Of a DNA stretch of 64,000 nucleotides, positions 11,921 to 25,305 are shown piece after piece. The translations under genes were made by a program, and so were the position numbers. Below the pieces are notes generated by a model, which searched no databases, was not told where the DNA came from, and worked only from the letters and a program-made list of their open reading frames with translations. The first letter of the stretch is position 1, and the number at the start of each line of letters is the position of its first letter. The stretch is from Balanoglossus misakiensis (lineage: Eukaryota > Animalia > Hemichordata): NCBI GenBank assembly GCA_040954595.2, contig CM082592.2, forward strand, positions 3,364,735 to 3,428,734, read 5' to 3'.

Positions 11921-12081
11921 AAAAATTTAACGGATCACAAGGCGACTTGACTGGCCGGTGGTAGCGCGTAGACTGACCTGATTACCCCACCTACTTGATA
12001 TTCATACTCCCATAAACAGCGCCCTCACGAAACAACAAAACATTTATTTCTCTCTATACGTTGTACCTTGAGAAATAACAT
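11921..12081 (-). repeat. Split direct repeat A1 (5' terminus of the element)
   Basis: Identical by eye to 7522-7682. Confidence 0.95.
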
Positions 12082-12377
12082 TTGTGTAGTTGGAAGTGCC
12101 TTGTATACACGTCTCCACGTACGTCTAGCTGGTGGATTGGCGTAATAACTTCCATATTGACACTCACAGCTTATGTTGTACCCACCTGTGTTTGTTTATT
12201 TTTTTTCAAAACTGAGCTATTCACGGGCAGTGGATTTAATTATGAGATCCTCGAATATTAAATGCTAGGTGGACAACATTATTGTGATAATTGTATTTGA
12301 ATAATTACAAATATCCGGCCCTTTGTTGTTTACATTTTGAAAATCGTACAGTGAATATAAATTGCCGGGTTATTTCT

Positions 12378-12905
12378 AATAAAATAAAATAAAATAAAAT
12401 AAAATAAAATAAAATAAAATAAAATAAAATAAAATAAAATAAAATAAAATAAAATAAACATTTATAAATGTTATTTCCTATGGCGCTGTTGATAAGCTTT
12501 ATCCAAATAAAAATATCTTGAGTTTTTGTTTGAAAATGTTTAGACTAGAAGCCTGTTGAATGTCAGTTGGCAGAGAATTCCAAAGTTGCGGCGCAACAAC
12601 AGAAAAGGCACGTCCACAATATGTTTTGAGTCTGTAGTTTGGTATACACAACAGGTTCTTTGAGCTGGAGCGCAGTGCACGTACTAGCTTGATCATATCT
12701 TGAATGTCGACTGGGGCAAGAAGGTCGAGAGCTTTGTACGTTAGTAGTAGAATTTTGTAGTCAAGTCTGTTGAACTGGCAACCGATGGAGACTACGAAGA
12801 ACTAGCGATATGTGGTTTGATTTTCTCGAACGGGTAATATTTCTGGCTGCAGTATTTTGTGCTTTTTGAAGTTGACTCAGTCCGATACTGGATTCGGGAA
12901 GTCCG
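12378..12905 (-). mobile_element. 5'-truncated, degenerate L2/CR1-clade LINE with (ATTTT)n tail
   Basis: Frameshifted RT C-terminus: LQKAQNTAAR..HISLVLRSLH.LPV..YKILLLTYKAL..LRSSSKNLL..GRAFSVVAPQLWNSLP..FKQKLK. It is followed by a short 3' UTR and the pentamer tail at 12378-12458. Confidence 0.85.
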
Positions 12906-13478
12906 TTTTGAGGACAATAGGGCATGTATTATATAATTGTGCGACGATTTTCCTTACTGAGATATCTTCTGCCCACAGCTCTTTCTCTCAGAAAAAAAGG
13001 TTTCTTCCAAGATTCTTATAGATTGGGAGGAAGTGTCTGTTTCTCCAAACAATCGTATTCTGCAAAAGTCTGCTGACATTGAAATCCAAAAAGGGGTCAT
13101 CTTTTTTTCGAAACGTTTAAGGGGGTCGCATACTTTTACCCCCCCCCCAACGTTTGCTTTTGAGTCCACAAAAATGCAGTTTCGAGCCCTTTATTTTACC
13201 AAATTTTCTCCCACCCCTTCCCACACCCACCCCTTCATTCTTCGCCACATTTCGCGGCGTAATATACAGGCCTGTATATTCGGCCTCTGTAAGATGAACA
13301 TGCCAATGGCAGACATTGGGAATTCGTGCAATGCAACGTTATGTAACCTCACATTGCATGCATTGTACTGGCCCCGTTCAGAAGAGTACCTTCATGACTG
13401 TTTTGTCGCCGAAGGTCAGTTTAGCCTTTTTACCCAGTGACTGGGACGGGTGTGGGCACCACAATTCATCGACAATTA

Positions 13479-14539
13479 GGGAGCATTCGTTTTTTACAGG
13501 GAGGGGGGGGGGCGGTGGAATTTGAGTCGCCGACTAAATGTAAAAGGCAACCCCCCCTGGAAATTACTTTTCTAAAATGTGACCCCCCCCCAAAAAAAAG
13601 TTTATCCACCGGATTAAACTTATCAAACTTTGTCAGATATTGGTGTATGTTCGACATACCACATAATCAACCATGAAACCTAGTTCCTTGATTTCCAAGT
13701 AGTGCATTGTCTGCCTGATCTTGTTACGTGAAAGAGTTCATTTTCAATGTCGCCGCTATCACTTTCTGAGTCACTTTCCGCTGAATCACCTAGTTCACCT
13801 ATCACTACATGTTCATCTTCTGGTTCACTGTCCTCGTCCAAGTCATCCTCTTCATCCTCCTGCTCATCCTCCTCTTTGTCTCTCTCATGGTTTACTCTGA
13901 GACTTTTCAGAGTTGTTTGACACAGTTTCCAGGGCAATGTGCGCTTCAACTATTTTCAGTTTGTCTTTTTTCAGCATCTTTTTCTCTGTTGTCAATTTAT
14001 GTCTGTTCATGTACATGTCTACTGAACATTGTTTTTATTTTTTAAGTATTTGTATTCTGTGTTGGGAGACATTGTAAACCGAGAATTGAAGGGGGTGGGT
14101 TTGGGAGGGGGTGTCCCCCTCCCACGACGTAAGAAAATTTTATAAAATACAGAGCTGAAAGCTGCATTTTAATGAACCCAGCAAAAGCAAATTAACGTCG
14201 CCGCTCAAAGTTATCATGGGGTGGGGGCAAGCCCCCTGACCTGGGACACTAGATAAACCAGTCAATGATTGAAAGGTGTTGATGAATGGAGGGGGTGGGT
14301 GTGGGAGGGGGTGTCACCCTCCCACGTAAGAAAATTTTGTAAAATAAAGGACGCGAAACTGCATTTTTGTGGACTCAAAATAAATATTTAGCCGTCAAAG
14401 TTTTCAAGTCCCCCCTTTCAGTCCCTATATAATAATCCCTTGATTATAAAATTTGTCCCCCCCTAAAAACTGCTTTGTAAAAGTAAACCCCCCCTGATTT
14501 CCACCGCCCCCCCCCTCCCTGTAAAAAACGAATGCTCCC
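13479..14539. mobile_element. Non-autonomous TIR element, PIF/Harbinger-like
   Basis: TIR GGGAGCATTCGTTTTTTACAGGGAGGGGG / CCCCCTCCCTGTAAAAAACGAATGCTCCC, flanked by TTA on both sides (3-bp TSD). Related fragments occur at about 13080-13250 and 52405-53263. Confidence 0.8.
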
Positions 14540-14632
14540 TTACGTAATATTTTCAGTCCAACCACATGAACATCTATGGTGCAACAGCATCATCGGTATC
14601 CCGGGAAATTTCGCTGAATTGCGACAGTGAGA

Positions 14633-16608
14633 ATGCTGCTTACTTTCCGAAAGGTTGCCACATCACCGTTGGCAAGACCGTTTTTGTTTTCTACTGGCAA
14701 AAGAAACGTGACGAATTTCAAGTACAGCCGACGACTCGATGTACCAGCCCAGACGACGGCTCTTGTAGCTGGACGAAAATGGCTTCCGGGAGCATTAACG
14801 CCGGGGAACAGGTTTCCAGAGTACATAGCGAGTCCAGGGGACAATTTCCCGGCAGTGTATAAGGTCGTCAGCTCCCCGGGCTCGACTTCAATCGGCGATT
14901 TCGCCAAGGACGCTCGTGAGGTTATTGAACGAGAGTTGCACATCCATGGCGCTCTCCTCTTCCGGGGTTACCCGCTTACAAGGTGGGAGCGACTTCTCCC
15001 AGTTCATGCAAGGCCTGGGGTATACACCGATGAAATCTGAACTCGGAATCACAGGACACAGGCACCAAGTCGCCAAAGACGTCAGAACGGCAAGTGATCG
15101 AAGGGCCGAATATACCATTGAGCTCCACAATGAATCAGCGTATTTGGAATATTACCCTTATAAGGTGGGCCTTCTCAAATTACAAATACTGTCCTTATTG
15201 TATTCAAAGCTCGGATGCATTGGCTTAATCTTGCTCTGAAAGTGACAAAGTCTCCCTTTACGCTGCCTTTTTTCCATTAATTATGTTTGATACAAGACAC
15301 AGCTTGTGTTATTTTACATGTATGTAGATATATAGATATATAGTGAATCAACGTTCGACACCACACAGCTTCCATCCCGTTTGTAATTGTAAACACGAGA
15401 GTAAAAAACTCGCCAAAATGAATAATCGGTGTTTACCGTTTATTTGAGGAGTGTGAGCTTTAATGTATTCATGCGTAAGCGTGTGTTGCATGTATGCATG
15501 TTTGTCTGTTTTTGCAGATCGTCTTTTTTTGTGAAATACCACCACGTCCGGGCCAAGGAGGCGAGACTGTAATCATCGACTTCAGAAATGTCTTGCCGAA
15601 ACTGGATCCGGAACTTGTAGAGAAAGTAAGACGCCTCGGCATTAGATACTATCGACATCTCCCATCCAAGAAACCAGGTGTAATCTTAAGCTGGCAAGAG
15701 GTACGTGGGGACATAAAATATCTCCAAAAATAATCCAGAACTCCACCGTCTGAAGGCAGTCAAATTTAGGTTGGTCCATTTAAATAAGCTTGCAAATGGG
15801 TATGCACAAATGCATTATTGTGATATAAGAAACATAAGTCCCGTCCGTTCAATCTTATCACAAGAGTACACAATTATCATCACAAAGGCACACATGTATC
15901 AGGAACCCCATATAAACTTACTTATAGGATAATACGTAGGCTTTGTAAACTAATGGAAAAACCTCACCTCTTCCTCTGTTTATTACTAGGAATTTTTTAC
16001 GGAAGATAAATCAGTTGTTGAAAATTATATGGCTAGATATGGAAGGAATTACCATTGGGAGGAAGATGGCGCCCTCACATACTGGTACAATCTACCCGCT
16101 TTTACAATCCATCGGAAAACAGGTAAGAGAGTGTGGAAAAAAGGTCGGTGCGAAATTTAATCTGCTTTACCCACACTGCACTTGTGGGCTCTCTTCTGGC
16201 CGCCAAAAGACAGTCTGGGGAAATCCCATAGAAAAATTTCCGTGTTGCTACATTGTGGATTGTTTTCCTGACTTAAATCTGTCCCTGTTCAAACTTCGTT
16301 GCAGGCCAAGAAGTGTGGTTTAATCAAATGCATACTCATCACTGCACGTTCTTAAAGGACAACCCGACGTGGGCTTCTGTGAACCTACCCAACGACAAAT
16401 ACCCCCTCCCCTCCACACTTACTACGGCGACGGAAGCGAAATCGAAGATGAGGCCATACAGCACATTCGAGAAGTGTTGTGGAACGAGGCTGTTGGATTT
16501 CAGATGCAGAAGGGTGATGTCCTAGTCTTGGATAACATCTATGTGGGTCACGCGAGGTTGGGATTCAAAGGCGAGAGACGGCTGTTGGCAAGCCTTACCG
16601 AAAACTAA
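14633..16608 (+). pseudogene. TauD/TfdA-family Fe(II)/2-oxoglutarate dioxygenase (DdaC-like), two frameshifts
   Basis: Exons 14633-15164, 15518-15700, 15990-16122 and 16305-16608. Motifs: HGALLFRG, IELHNESAY (HxE), FFCEIPP..GGET, WFNQ, GDVLVLDN..VGHAR..FKGERRL. There is a +1 frameshift near 14975 and a 5-bp ccctc duplication near 16404-16413. Confidence 0.8.
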
Positions 16609-17894
16609 ATTTGCCATGCACAAAATCCCCAGGGAGTCCTTCCAGCCAATTAACATTATATCAATATCTCTGAATTAAACGTATGAGCCAAAACAGAAAA
16701 CCTTGAACACGACGCTTGTTAGTCAATGTATTATACATGTAATTACTATACACAACTTGTCTGGTGGAGTATATTGCATTCTGATTCAAAATCACTATTA
16801 AAGATTTGCCATCACGGTAACCGGTGAAGTTGAAAGAATTGTCGACATTTCTTGTACCTCTAAGATTTTTAAGTCTGCGTTGTAAGTATTATCAAATTTG
16901 CAATATATTAGCTTATATGCGTTACCACACCTTATATGAGATATAAGGCCGTGAAATTAGTCACTAATGGGGGAAAATGCAGGGTGGACATTTTGTCAAA
17001 AAATAGTTGTTTTTTCTATGGGTAAAACATTCAATAGTTCATAGTTTTCCGGTGCTACGGAAAATATTTGAGTCATAGTTTAATTAACATCACTCGACAA
17101 AGGCCCGTCCGCCTATCAGCTATTGTACTCATGCGCAGTAACCTCCCTTTTATACTGCATATTATCTACCTCGGGAACCGTTCATTTTTCCATTTATGGT
17201 GCATAGCTTGACCATATTGCTTTCATTGGCGGAAGAATGGGAAGAAATAGATTGTATCTTATTCAGCAGGATATGTCGAGTATTCACTGTCACGCACAAC
17301 AACAACAAAAACATCAGATAGCGTCATTCTACATGTGCGTTAATAAATGAACACCTTAATTTTTGGAAGCAACCGTTTCACAAAAACAAACGAAACCCCC
17401 TGGGAAGACTTGTCATTTGCAACCTGTTATCCAATATCAAATTCCATCAAACGTCTGCTGGGCAATTGTAACTACGATATCGAAAAGGCCACGTCATACA
17501 TTATACTGTATGTTTGATGCGTATAAAACATCTATGACTGTATGTCAGGTGGTCATTTCATTAATTTACAGCTCACTTCAAACAATTATAATTCATTGTG
17601 CTATTTGTTTGAAAACAAATAAATTCTCCCGGCCCCCGTATATGAATGTTTGCAGTTGCTAAATGTAAAGAATCGGCCATGGAATTTCATTTACATTAAA
17701 TTGATATATAGTCGTGTTTTTTGCGAATTCTGAAAAGAAAGCAAACAGGTTCGTGTTTTAATGGCTCGCCATGAGGGTACGGGGTAATATTTTATTCGAT
17801 TTGACCGCATTTACTGCTATGACGATCCCCCGGTGTTCGGAGAGACTGACTCGCTGTTTGCTTCACCTGTTACTCGAAGGTAAGCGTTTTCGTC

Positions 17895-18027
<133 letters not shown>

Positions 18028-18610
18028 GGAATGTACATCTTTTGAAATTTGGCTGTAGTAGACATAACTTGCCACGGTCATTTCTTTTAAAGGGACAAAG
18101 GCTATCTCTCGCTGCCTTTTTCCATTAATTTTGTTATATACAATACACCGTTTGTGTTATTTTACATTTGGACATATAGTCAATGAACGATCGACCACAC
18201 ACAACTTCATCCCGCTTGTAGACACTGGAGCAAAAAAACTCAGTTCCGCGCGTTCAGTTCTTTGGTACGGATGACACGCTTCCATTCAAAGGAAAAATGG
18301 AAAAGTCAGTCAAACCCCATTTAAAAATGAGTTGTTAAATCCTAACACTCTGTTTGCTGATTCTGCATGATTAGATAATGTAATGGAATAATCCAGAAAT
18401 TCATTTTAAATTATGCCAAGGTATGTGTAATTATCATGAATAACCTTTGGCTTAAAATTGTTATTGACAAGTTTCCATTTTGAACACCAATCATTTAGGA
18501 TACATGATCAAGCATGACCTGCATGCAAGCGAGCTTCAGAACATAAACTAAAATTCGTGCAGGTCTGTAAACGTCACAGTGACAGGAATCTACAATCATA
18601 CATACATTAA

Positions 18611-19025
18611 AGGCCCATTAGCTGCAACTGGATATAGTAAAAAATCTTTAAGCTTTAAATAATTTCGGATTTGCTTTGATTTCTGTTACAGCCGAAAATT
18701 CCCACAAGTTAAAAAAAATGAAATATTGCAATAAAAAAATGAACATATAAAGTATCATTGGAGTACATCTACTTTCATGAGTTCCAGTGAATGAGAGTAT
18801 GCCTTGTTTATGAAGTTTAATGGATTTGCATTTTCCCACGGTGGCGGCCATATTCCTTTGCGGCAAAGCTTTATAAATTTGTCTGGTTTAAACTTGCATA
18901 TGCACGTATATTTTGGGTCTATAATACTTGTATATACTTCAGTGCATAAATCCTTATGGGCTAAAGGTTGTACAGTTTGGGGGAAAATTATGATAATTAT
19001 CACAAAAGTTGCAGCTCATGTGCCT
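18611..19025. mobile_element. TTAA-flanked MITE (Kolobok-like)
   Basis: TTAA|AGGCCCATTAGCTGCAAC ... GTTGCAGCTCATGTGCCT|TTAA. Confidence 0.7.
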
Positions 19026-19348
19026 TTAACATGCACTCGACAGAGCAACTTCTCAATATCCACACAGTTTCGATGGCACACAACGGAAGCAACTATTAAC
19101 TTCACACTATGATTGTTAGACTAAGTGCTATGAAGCGGATATCACTGTTGTTAGCTATTTGAATGATTTCGTCGTCAAGGAAATATACAGATACCTGTAG
19201 GTTTATGTTAATTGCTGAATACCAAAAGTGCAATAACATCCATAGGGGGCCTACACCGGTGTGGTATTAAAAGTATTGCCAAAATATACTCCTCTGAGTG
19301 CCGAGTTGTCTCACCTAAGCGTTTATAGTGCAGGGGAGGTCTGTGGTA

Positions 19349-22300
19349 ATGAAGATCGTGAACGAGGTGGCAATAGCTTGTCTGTTGGCTTTAACTAGCT
19401 GTATCAGTCACTCGAAGGTATGTGGATTAACGTCGATGGTCAATTACTGTGTTGCGACTGGACGTTTTGTTATCATTTGCTATTGCTATTTTGATTGGAT
19501 TTTGACGAAAATCGAGGTAGTGTTGATAGCAATACATGTATTAGAAATTACTTTTTGTGCAGTCCGATTTCAAGTTACATACGAGAGGAGCATTAAATGC
19601 ATGAACCTGCAGGTATCTGTTTATTTCCCTGGAAGTATTCTCTGAACACTCCCGTATTATGAAATAATGAAGCCCTTAGACTTGGAGCAGTGCCATAAAT
19701 AACGGCAATAGGTGTGTAGTAATGGATGTTATTTTTTATTATTAGGCAGAAGTTGAGAGTAAACAACCACCCAAAAGCAATGGTAAGTTTAGAATGTTAA
19801 TTTCTCCCAGACATAATCTGTTGACTACGCTCTTTTTTATGAATTTTGTTTGTATTACGGGAAGTGTTTGTTTGTTTTGCGTCTTAAAAATACGGATTTC
19901 TGGCGTGCAGTGACACCAGTCGGAAAATGATATCGCCCACACAAGGTTAGTCCTGTCGCCTTTTCCCCGTGATTCGAACTACAGAAAACGCCATATTGGA
20001 AAGTCTGCCAACGTTTTTGTAAAAAAAATCGCGCGACTTATACAGGGCGAAAATGTTTTTTTTTCTCTCTGAAAGATCGACCTAAAAACTACCAAATTAT
20101 GTAGAAATCGGCTGGACCGGACTTCCCATTTAAGTCTGAACTGATGAGGTACTGAAGACAATTATCCAGTATCATATCATATGTGAAACCTGTATGAACG
20201 GAGACAAATAAATGCCTATTTCATTCATAGAATGGACCCTGGTATTCAAAGGAGTGGAAGGGAACGGTGATAATTTGTATTCCCTCTGGAATTCCAACTA
20301 CGGATGGAATGAAGAGCGCCCTGAAGCACGTAGCTTAACAAGTGGCCTGACATACAAAAGTAATCTGGTGGACCGCTGGGAGGCTATTGGAGTTACCGAG
20401 GTATGTCTGCTTCATGCATGGGTTTCTGCCACTCCCCCTTACTAGTTGTGTCTACGTTAGCTCCCCAAAATATATCTCTCACTTTCAACATCAGATGCTG
20501 GCATCTAGGTTTCAGTGTTTAAAAAGGTTTGGATATGCGTACATATGATTACGAACTTTGTGTTAACAGTTGACAATGTTAAATTCAATTGCAAACTTAA
20601 ATTCACCCTTCCAAAACTTCATAGCAAACTTACATGCTGTCGATTCTTTACCAAAATGACAAAGATTTTACCAATTATCTAAATTGTACACATTTCGTCA
20701 GAATTTTAACAAGTTGAATACATGTAGCTACGGCCACCTTCGTGTATGTTGAATATAAAAGCTGTTTCTCCGAAATGATTTTGTGCTTGACAGACGGACA
20801 TAACAAACAGCCTAACTGATGAGCTCTAAATCTTTGACAGTGGGGAAAAAGTGAAAGTAAATAATCTCACAATGCAGTTTGCACCTACCAAACATTCGGT
20901 GTTTAGTTTGTATAAATTAACTTCCACACGAATTACTAGTATGTTACTGTCTGTCATCTTCCCGATAGGCGAAACTTGTTTTATACAAAAACAGAGGGGA
21001 GGCGCTGTCCATGCATTTTAATGGCGTTGGCACAACTAAAAACAGTTGGTTTAGCAAGAAGCATCTGAGAGCGGCTCCTTGGCAAGATTTGATGGACAGC
21101 GATACGGTTCAGTTCTTCGCGATCGTTGGGTAAGAACATATTCGCTAAACAGGACAGGAAATGAAACAATAAAACGTCTTTTACAATATTTCGTTTCGAT
21201 ATGACGAAGATACAGTATAGTGTACTTTTTGGTTGGCTCTGACGATCATTTATGATAAGCGAATTCTGCTTATTGCGTGTGTCTTCGTATTCCACCATAA
21301 ACGTACGTAGTTTAACTTTATTGCCGACAAAAGAATTAAATATGATAACATATAGGTAATGATGAAGGAACGCATTTGACATAAAGTAGGTTCACTATAA
21401 TATTACTTGGATTTTACAAAATTCTCAACAAATACTTAAAACGAGAGCCAGCATTATCAACTTACACTATTAGCTTCATTGTGTCATTTACTGAATCAGA
21501 TTCATTTTTGATTCATGTGTCCAAATTTAGAGATGAAAAATACAATCGTCGTTTCTTTGTAAATAAGTACTATGGCGGCTGCAACAGTGATGTTGGCTGG
21601 CTGGTTGTGGTTGATGTGGACTGTTCCACGTGTAGTTGGAGCAATCGGAGAACGAAGCCTTACTTTATGTACAGTGGTGATGTATCCAACGTCAATTATG
21701 CCTCTGGTAGGTACTAAAAGTACATCCACCAAGCTATAATAGATCTAATTATTGCTAGTAGGTTTCTCAGCACTACACTCATTGTTGCGCGTTCAAGAAC
21801 ATATATTTCTTTGGTGTGGTTGGTTTTTTGCACATTTAGAAACGTTTTATTTTTTCTCAAAACAGGAGCTTATAATATTAATCGTCTTTTTTTATCAGCA
21901 AATTGCCTACTTTGAACAGTTATTGACAAAAATATTAAACAAAATATGCTTAAGTGTCCCACTTGCCCCACTTTCCCCTAATTTACGTTTGATTTTTGCA
22001 GCTTAATTATTCTTGTTAAAACCACAAGCCTAGAATATGTTCACACAAATGTTGAGACAGATTCGTATACTTTAGCCGATTTATGCGATATTTCTAAATG
22101 TCTTATAATCGAAAAAGTGTTCCAAATCTGTATGGAAAAATAACCAATCCCGAAAATATATATAGCATATATCATTGGGATGTACACGTTTTCAGGAAAT
22201 GTTGCGTATGCTGATGTCATGGCAGTCTACATCAAATACAGATTCGGTGAGTAAACTAGATTCTTAGGGGTGTGATTATTATTACCACTGGTATTCCCCT

Positions 22301-25300
22301 TACAAAACCGCAGAAAGCAATGCATTTCAATGTCTTTCGCTGTGAGCAGAGGAAGTCAGACCTCAGACCTCACAAACTGCTTCAAGAACTCTTGTGAAAC
22401 AGATTTGGCTTTATTTTCAAGGACAATAAGCTGTTTTCGGATGTCAGTACAGATCGATCACTTTACTGTTCTGTGTAGGGGTTACCCAGCTGATGCAACA
22501 GTCAATCTCTACTTTATCACTTGCCATTAACATGGCATGGCAAATACGGCCCAACCAAGAGGCGATGTCGGGCGATAACCTCATATAATTACATATGAAC
22601 TTAAACATTTGATATCTCGCTATGCCACCTATAAATGTTACAATTGTCTAATTATACTTACGGAAAACATTGATTTACTAAATATATGGCAACATTGAAA
22701 TTAATTCATTACTTTTTCAGAGTACCGTTACCCCCCTGAAGATGGTAAGTTTGTCCAATTCATAACCTTAGGTGCCGTGTTGCGTTGTTTATTTTTTGCA
22801 CAACTGGTTTGACTTCAATTTAGAAAATGCGATCTGATATTTCCACAAATAATATTTAAAGAGATTAGGAATATTGTTTGTTGATTTATTACTCCATTCA
22901 ACTCGCATTGTATCGGTGTCAGACCCGAAGATTTATAACAAACGATATGCTGCGGTGGTCGCATCATCATTATCATCATCATGACCACCACCACCACCAC
23001 CACCACCACCACCACCACCACCACCACCACCACCACCATCCATCCATCCATCATCTGTTATTGCTGTCATCAGATTGGGAGTTGGTATTCAAAGCAGTCT
23101 CTGGTGCCGGGGGCAGTGTGTATGATCTCTGGGCCGGAAACGGTGGACGAAATGAAAACAATTACCAGGCCAAAGAATTAAACAAAGATGTTCCTGATCA
23201 TTACAAAAGTGCGAAAGTCGATAGATGGGCATATCAGCAAATCAAGCAGGTAAAGGAAAGGAGAGCGTATTTGACATTTGGTTGGGTGGTGTCGTGTTAG
23301 GTGTATTGGGGAATGGAAGGATGAATGGATGGTAGGGTGGGAGAATGAATGAATGAATGAATGAATGAATGAATGAATGAATGAATGAATGAATGAATGA
23401 ATGAATGAATGAATGAATGAATGAATGAATGAATGAATGAATGCGAGAGAGAGAGTGAGTGAGTGAGTGAGTGAGTGAGTGAGTGAGTGAGTGAGTGAGT
23501 GAGTGAGTGAGTGAGTGAGTGAGTGAGTGAGTGAGTGAGTGAGTGAGTGAGTGAGTGAGTGAGGGGTTGTTTGGGTTTGGAAGGGCGGTTGTTAAAGGTA
23601 CAATGTCTCTCTCTCGTTGCTCTTTGTTCATTAATTATGTTTGATACAAGACACCGTTTATGTTATTCTACATGTGGATATATATTGAATCAACGCTTGA
23701 CAACACATAACCTCCATTCCGTTTGTAGGATATGAGAGTATACAAATCTCACCAAAATTGAATAATCGGTGTTTACCGTTTATTCATTTTGGCGTGATTT
23801 TTACTCTCATTTCCTACAAACGGGATGGAAGTTGTGTGTCGTTGAATGTTGATTCACTATATATCCACATGTAGAATAACATAAATAGTGATTACTTGTA
23901 TCAAACATAATTAATCGAACAAGGGCTGCGAGAGAGAGAGAGAGAGAGAGAGAGACTTTGTCCCTTCAATGTCTTCATTACCATGTTGATTTCTTGTTAA
24001 CCATACATTTTCCAGGTGAAGGTTGCAGTGTATGAAGACAGTCACGAAAAGATGTATATGATATTCAATGCTCGAAACAGCGATAAGTTCAACTGGTTCA
24101 GTAAATCACGACTGACTGCTACCTCATACACTGACCTTAATTCTGGTACTGGGGCAAATTATTTTTCGATACCTGGGTAAGTTATTTTGTACTTGGCTGA
24201 TATTTGTAAACAAAACTATTTTGCCTTGTCAACGTCTAGGGATCATTGTGTAGAAAGTACAATTTCTCCAATTGAATAGCCCTTTTGAATATTATGCTTA
24301 CTTATTATGTTGATTGCATTGGTATAAGCATCTGATGACAAATGTCATTTGCGTGTTCAAATTCCATTCAAATTGAGCAAATCATATATGAACCAAAATA
24401 ATGTTTCGAATTCTATGATATTTATAAACAGGGCATAGTCAGCTGATTAATAAAATGTGCTGAAAAACGAGGTCTTCCAAAATACAAGGTGCTATACCTT
24501 ACTAGCTACTTGAGAATTTTATTGAGTCATATTTGTTTACCACGCTAGATACGCAAAATATTCCCGCCACTTCTATGTGAACAAACTTCACGGAGGGTGT
24601 CCCAACGATGCTGGCTGGCTGGTGGTTGCTGACAGAGGTTATGTATACTGTGATTGGATGACAATGGAACCACGTCCATATTTCCTGTACGGCAAAGCGA
24701 GAACATCAGTCTACTATCAGAGAGGTAAGTACGTTTGGTTAAGAAAAGAGAGGTTGGGAGGAAGGGGAAGCCACTAATTATCAAATTCTTGCTTGCATGT
24801 CCCTGCTTCTGATTACTTAAAATCTAAATCAGTATAACTATGGTTATTATTTTCGCATTCTACGCCTCGTAGTGATTGCAGTTTCTTCTTAGAATTATGC
24901 TCTAAACGCAGTCATATCTGTACAATCAACAACATTATCGAAATTTGAATATTAGTACGGACCTGAATACATTTGCAAAGTGGCACAGTCGAAATTCCAA
25001 AGACAGGGCACTTCATCAAATTTATCGGATGTGAGGCATAATCCCTGCAACGTTGCGCATGCAAATTTCGTTTGTTTTGCTGATGCCAACTTACTAGTAT
25101 CGTAAAAAAAAAAAAAACAGGCGACCACACCACTACAGTACACAATTCATGTTCTATCGTGTTATGGCTTCCTGGACTTCAGCCAAATTTCATCCAGATT
25201 GTTACATGTATCGATCTGTAATTCCAGATATGTTTTCTGTTTACCTTTACAGGCTCTGCTCACGTTGGTCGAGGAGACGTCTTCGCAATATTTATAAGGA

Positions 25301-25305
25301 ACTAA
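19349..25305 (+). CDS. Secreted protein with two tandem copies of an uncharacterised ~185-aa domain (WxLVFK...GGC..D.GWLVV...DV.A.)
   Basis: 11 phase-compatible exons with no stops: 19349-19417 (signal peptide), 19746-19782, 20231-20400, 20969-21129, 21531-21706, 22196-22246, 22721-22744, 23074-23249, 24016-24176, 24549-24724, 25253-25305. AATAAA follows at 25315. Confidence 0.85.
22963..23053. repeat. (CAT)n/(CAC)n microsatellite
   Basis: Intronic; source of the poly-His/Thr/Val ORFs. Confidence 0.95.
23342..23562. repeat. Compound (GAAT)n-(GAGT)n microsatellite
   Basis: Directly visible. Confidence 0.97.
23594..23968. mobile_element. Degenerate copy of the AGGGACAAAG palindromic MITE (Kolobok-like)
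   Basis: Similar to 33296-33652 and 37774-38120. Partial copies occur at about 15240-15460 and 18090-18240. Confidence 0.75.

Larger units (their letters stand above)
7273..12081 (-). mobile_element. Full-length tyrosine-recombinase retrotransposon (DIRS order, PAT/TOC1-like split direct repeat type)
   Basis: gag, RT-RNaseH-MT and YR ORFs all lie on the minus strand. Split direct repeats: A1 11921-12081 = A2 7522-7682 (161 bp) and B1 7683-7782 = B2 7273-7372 (100 bp). Order is A1-ORFs-B1-A2-spacer-B2. No TSD is visible. Confidence 0.95.
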
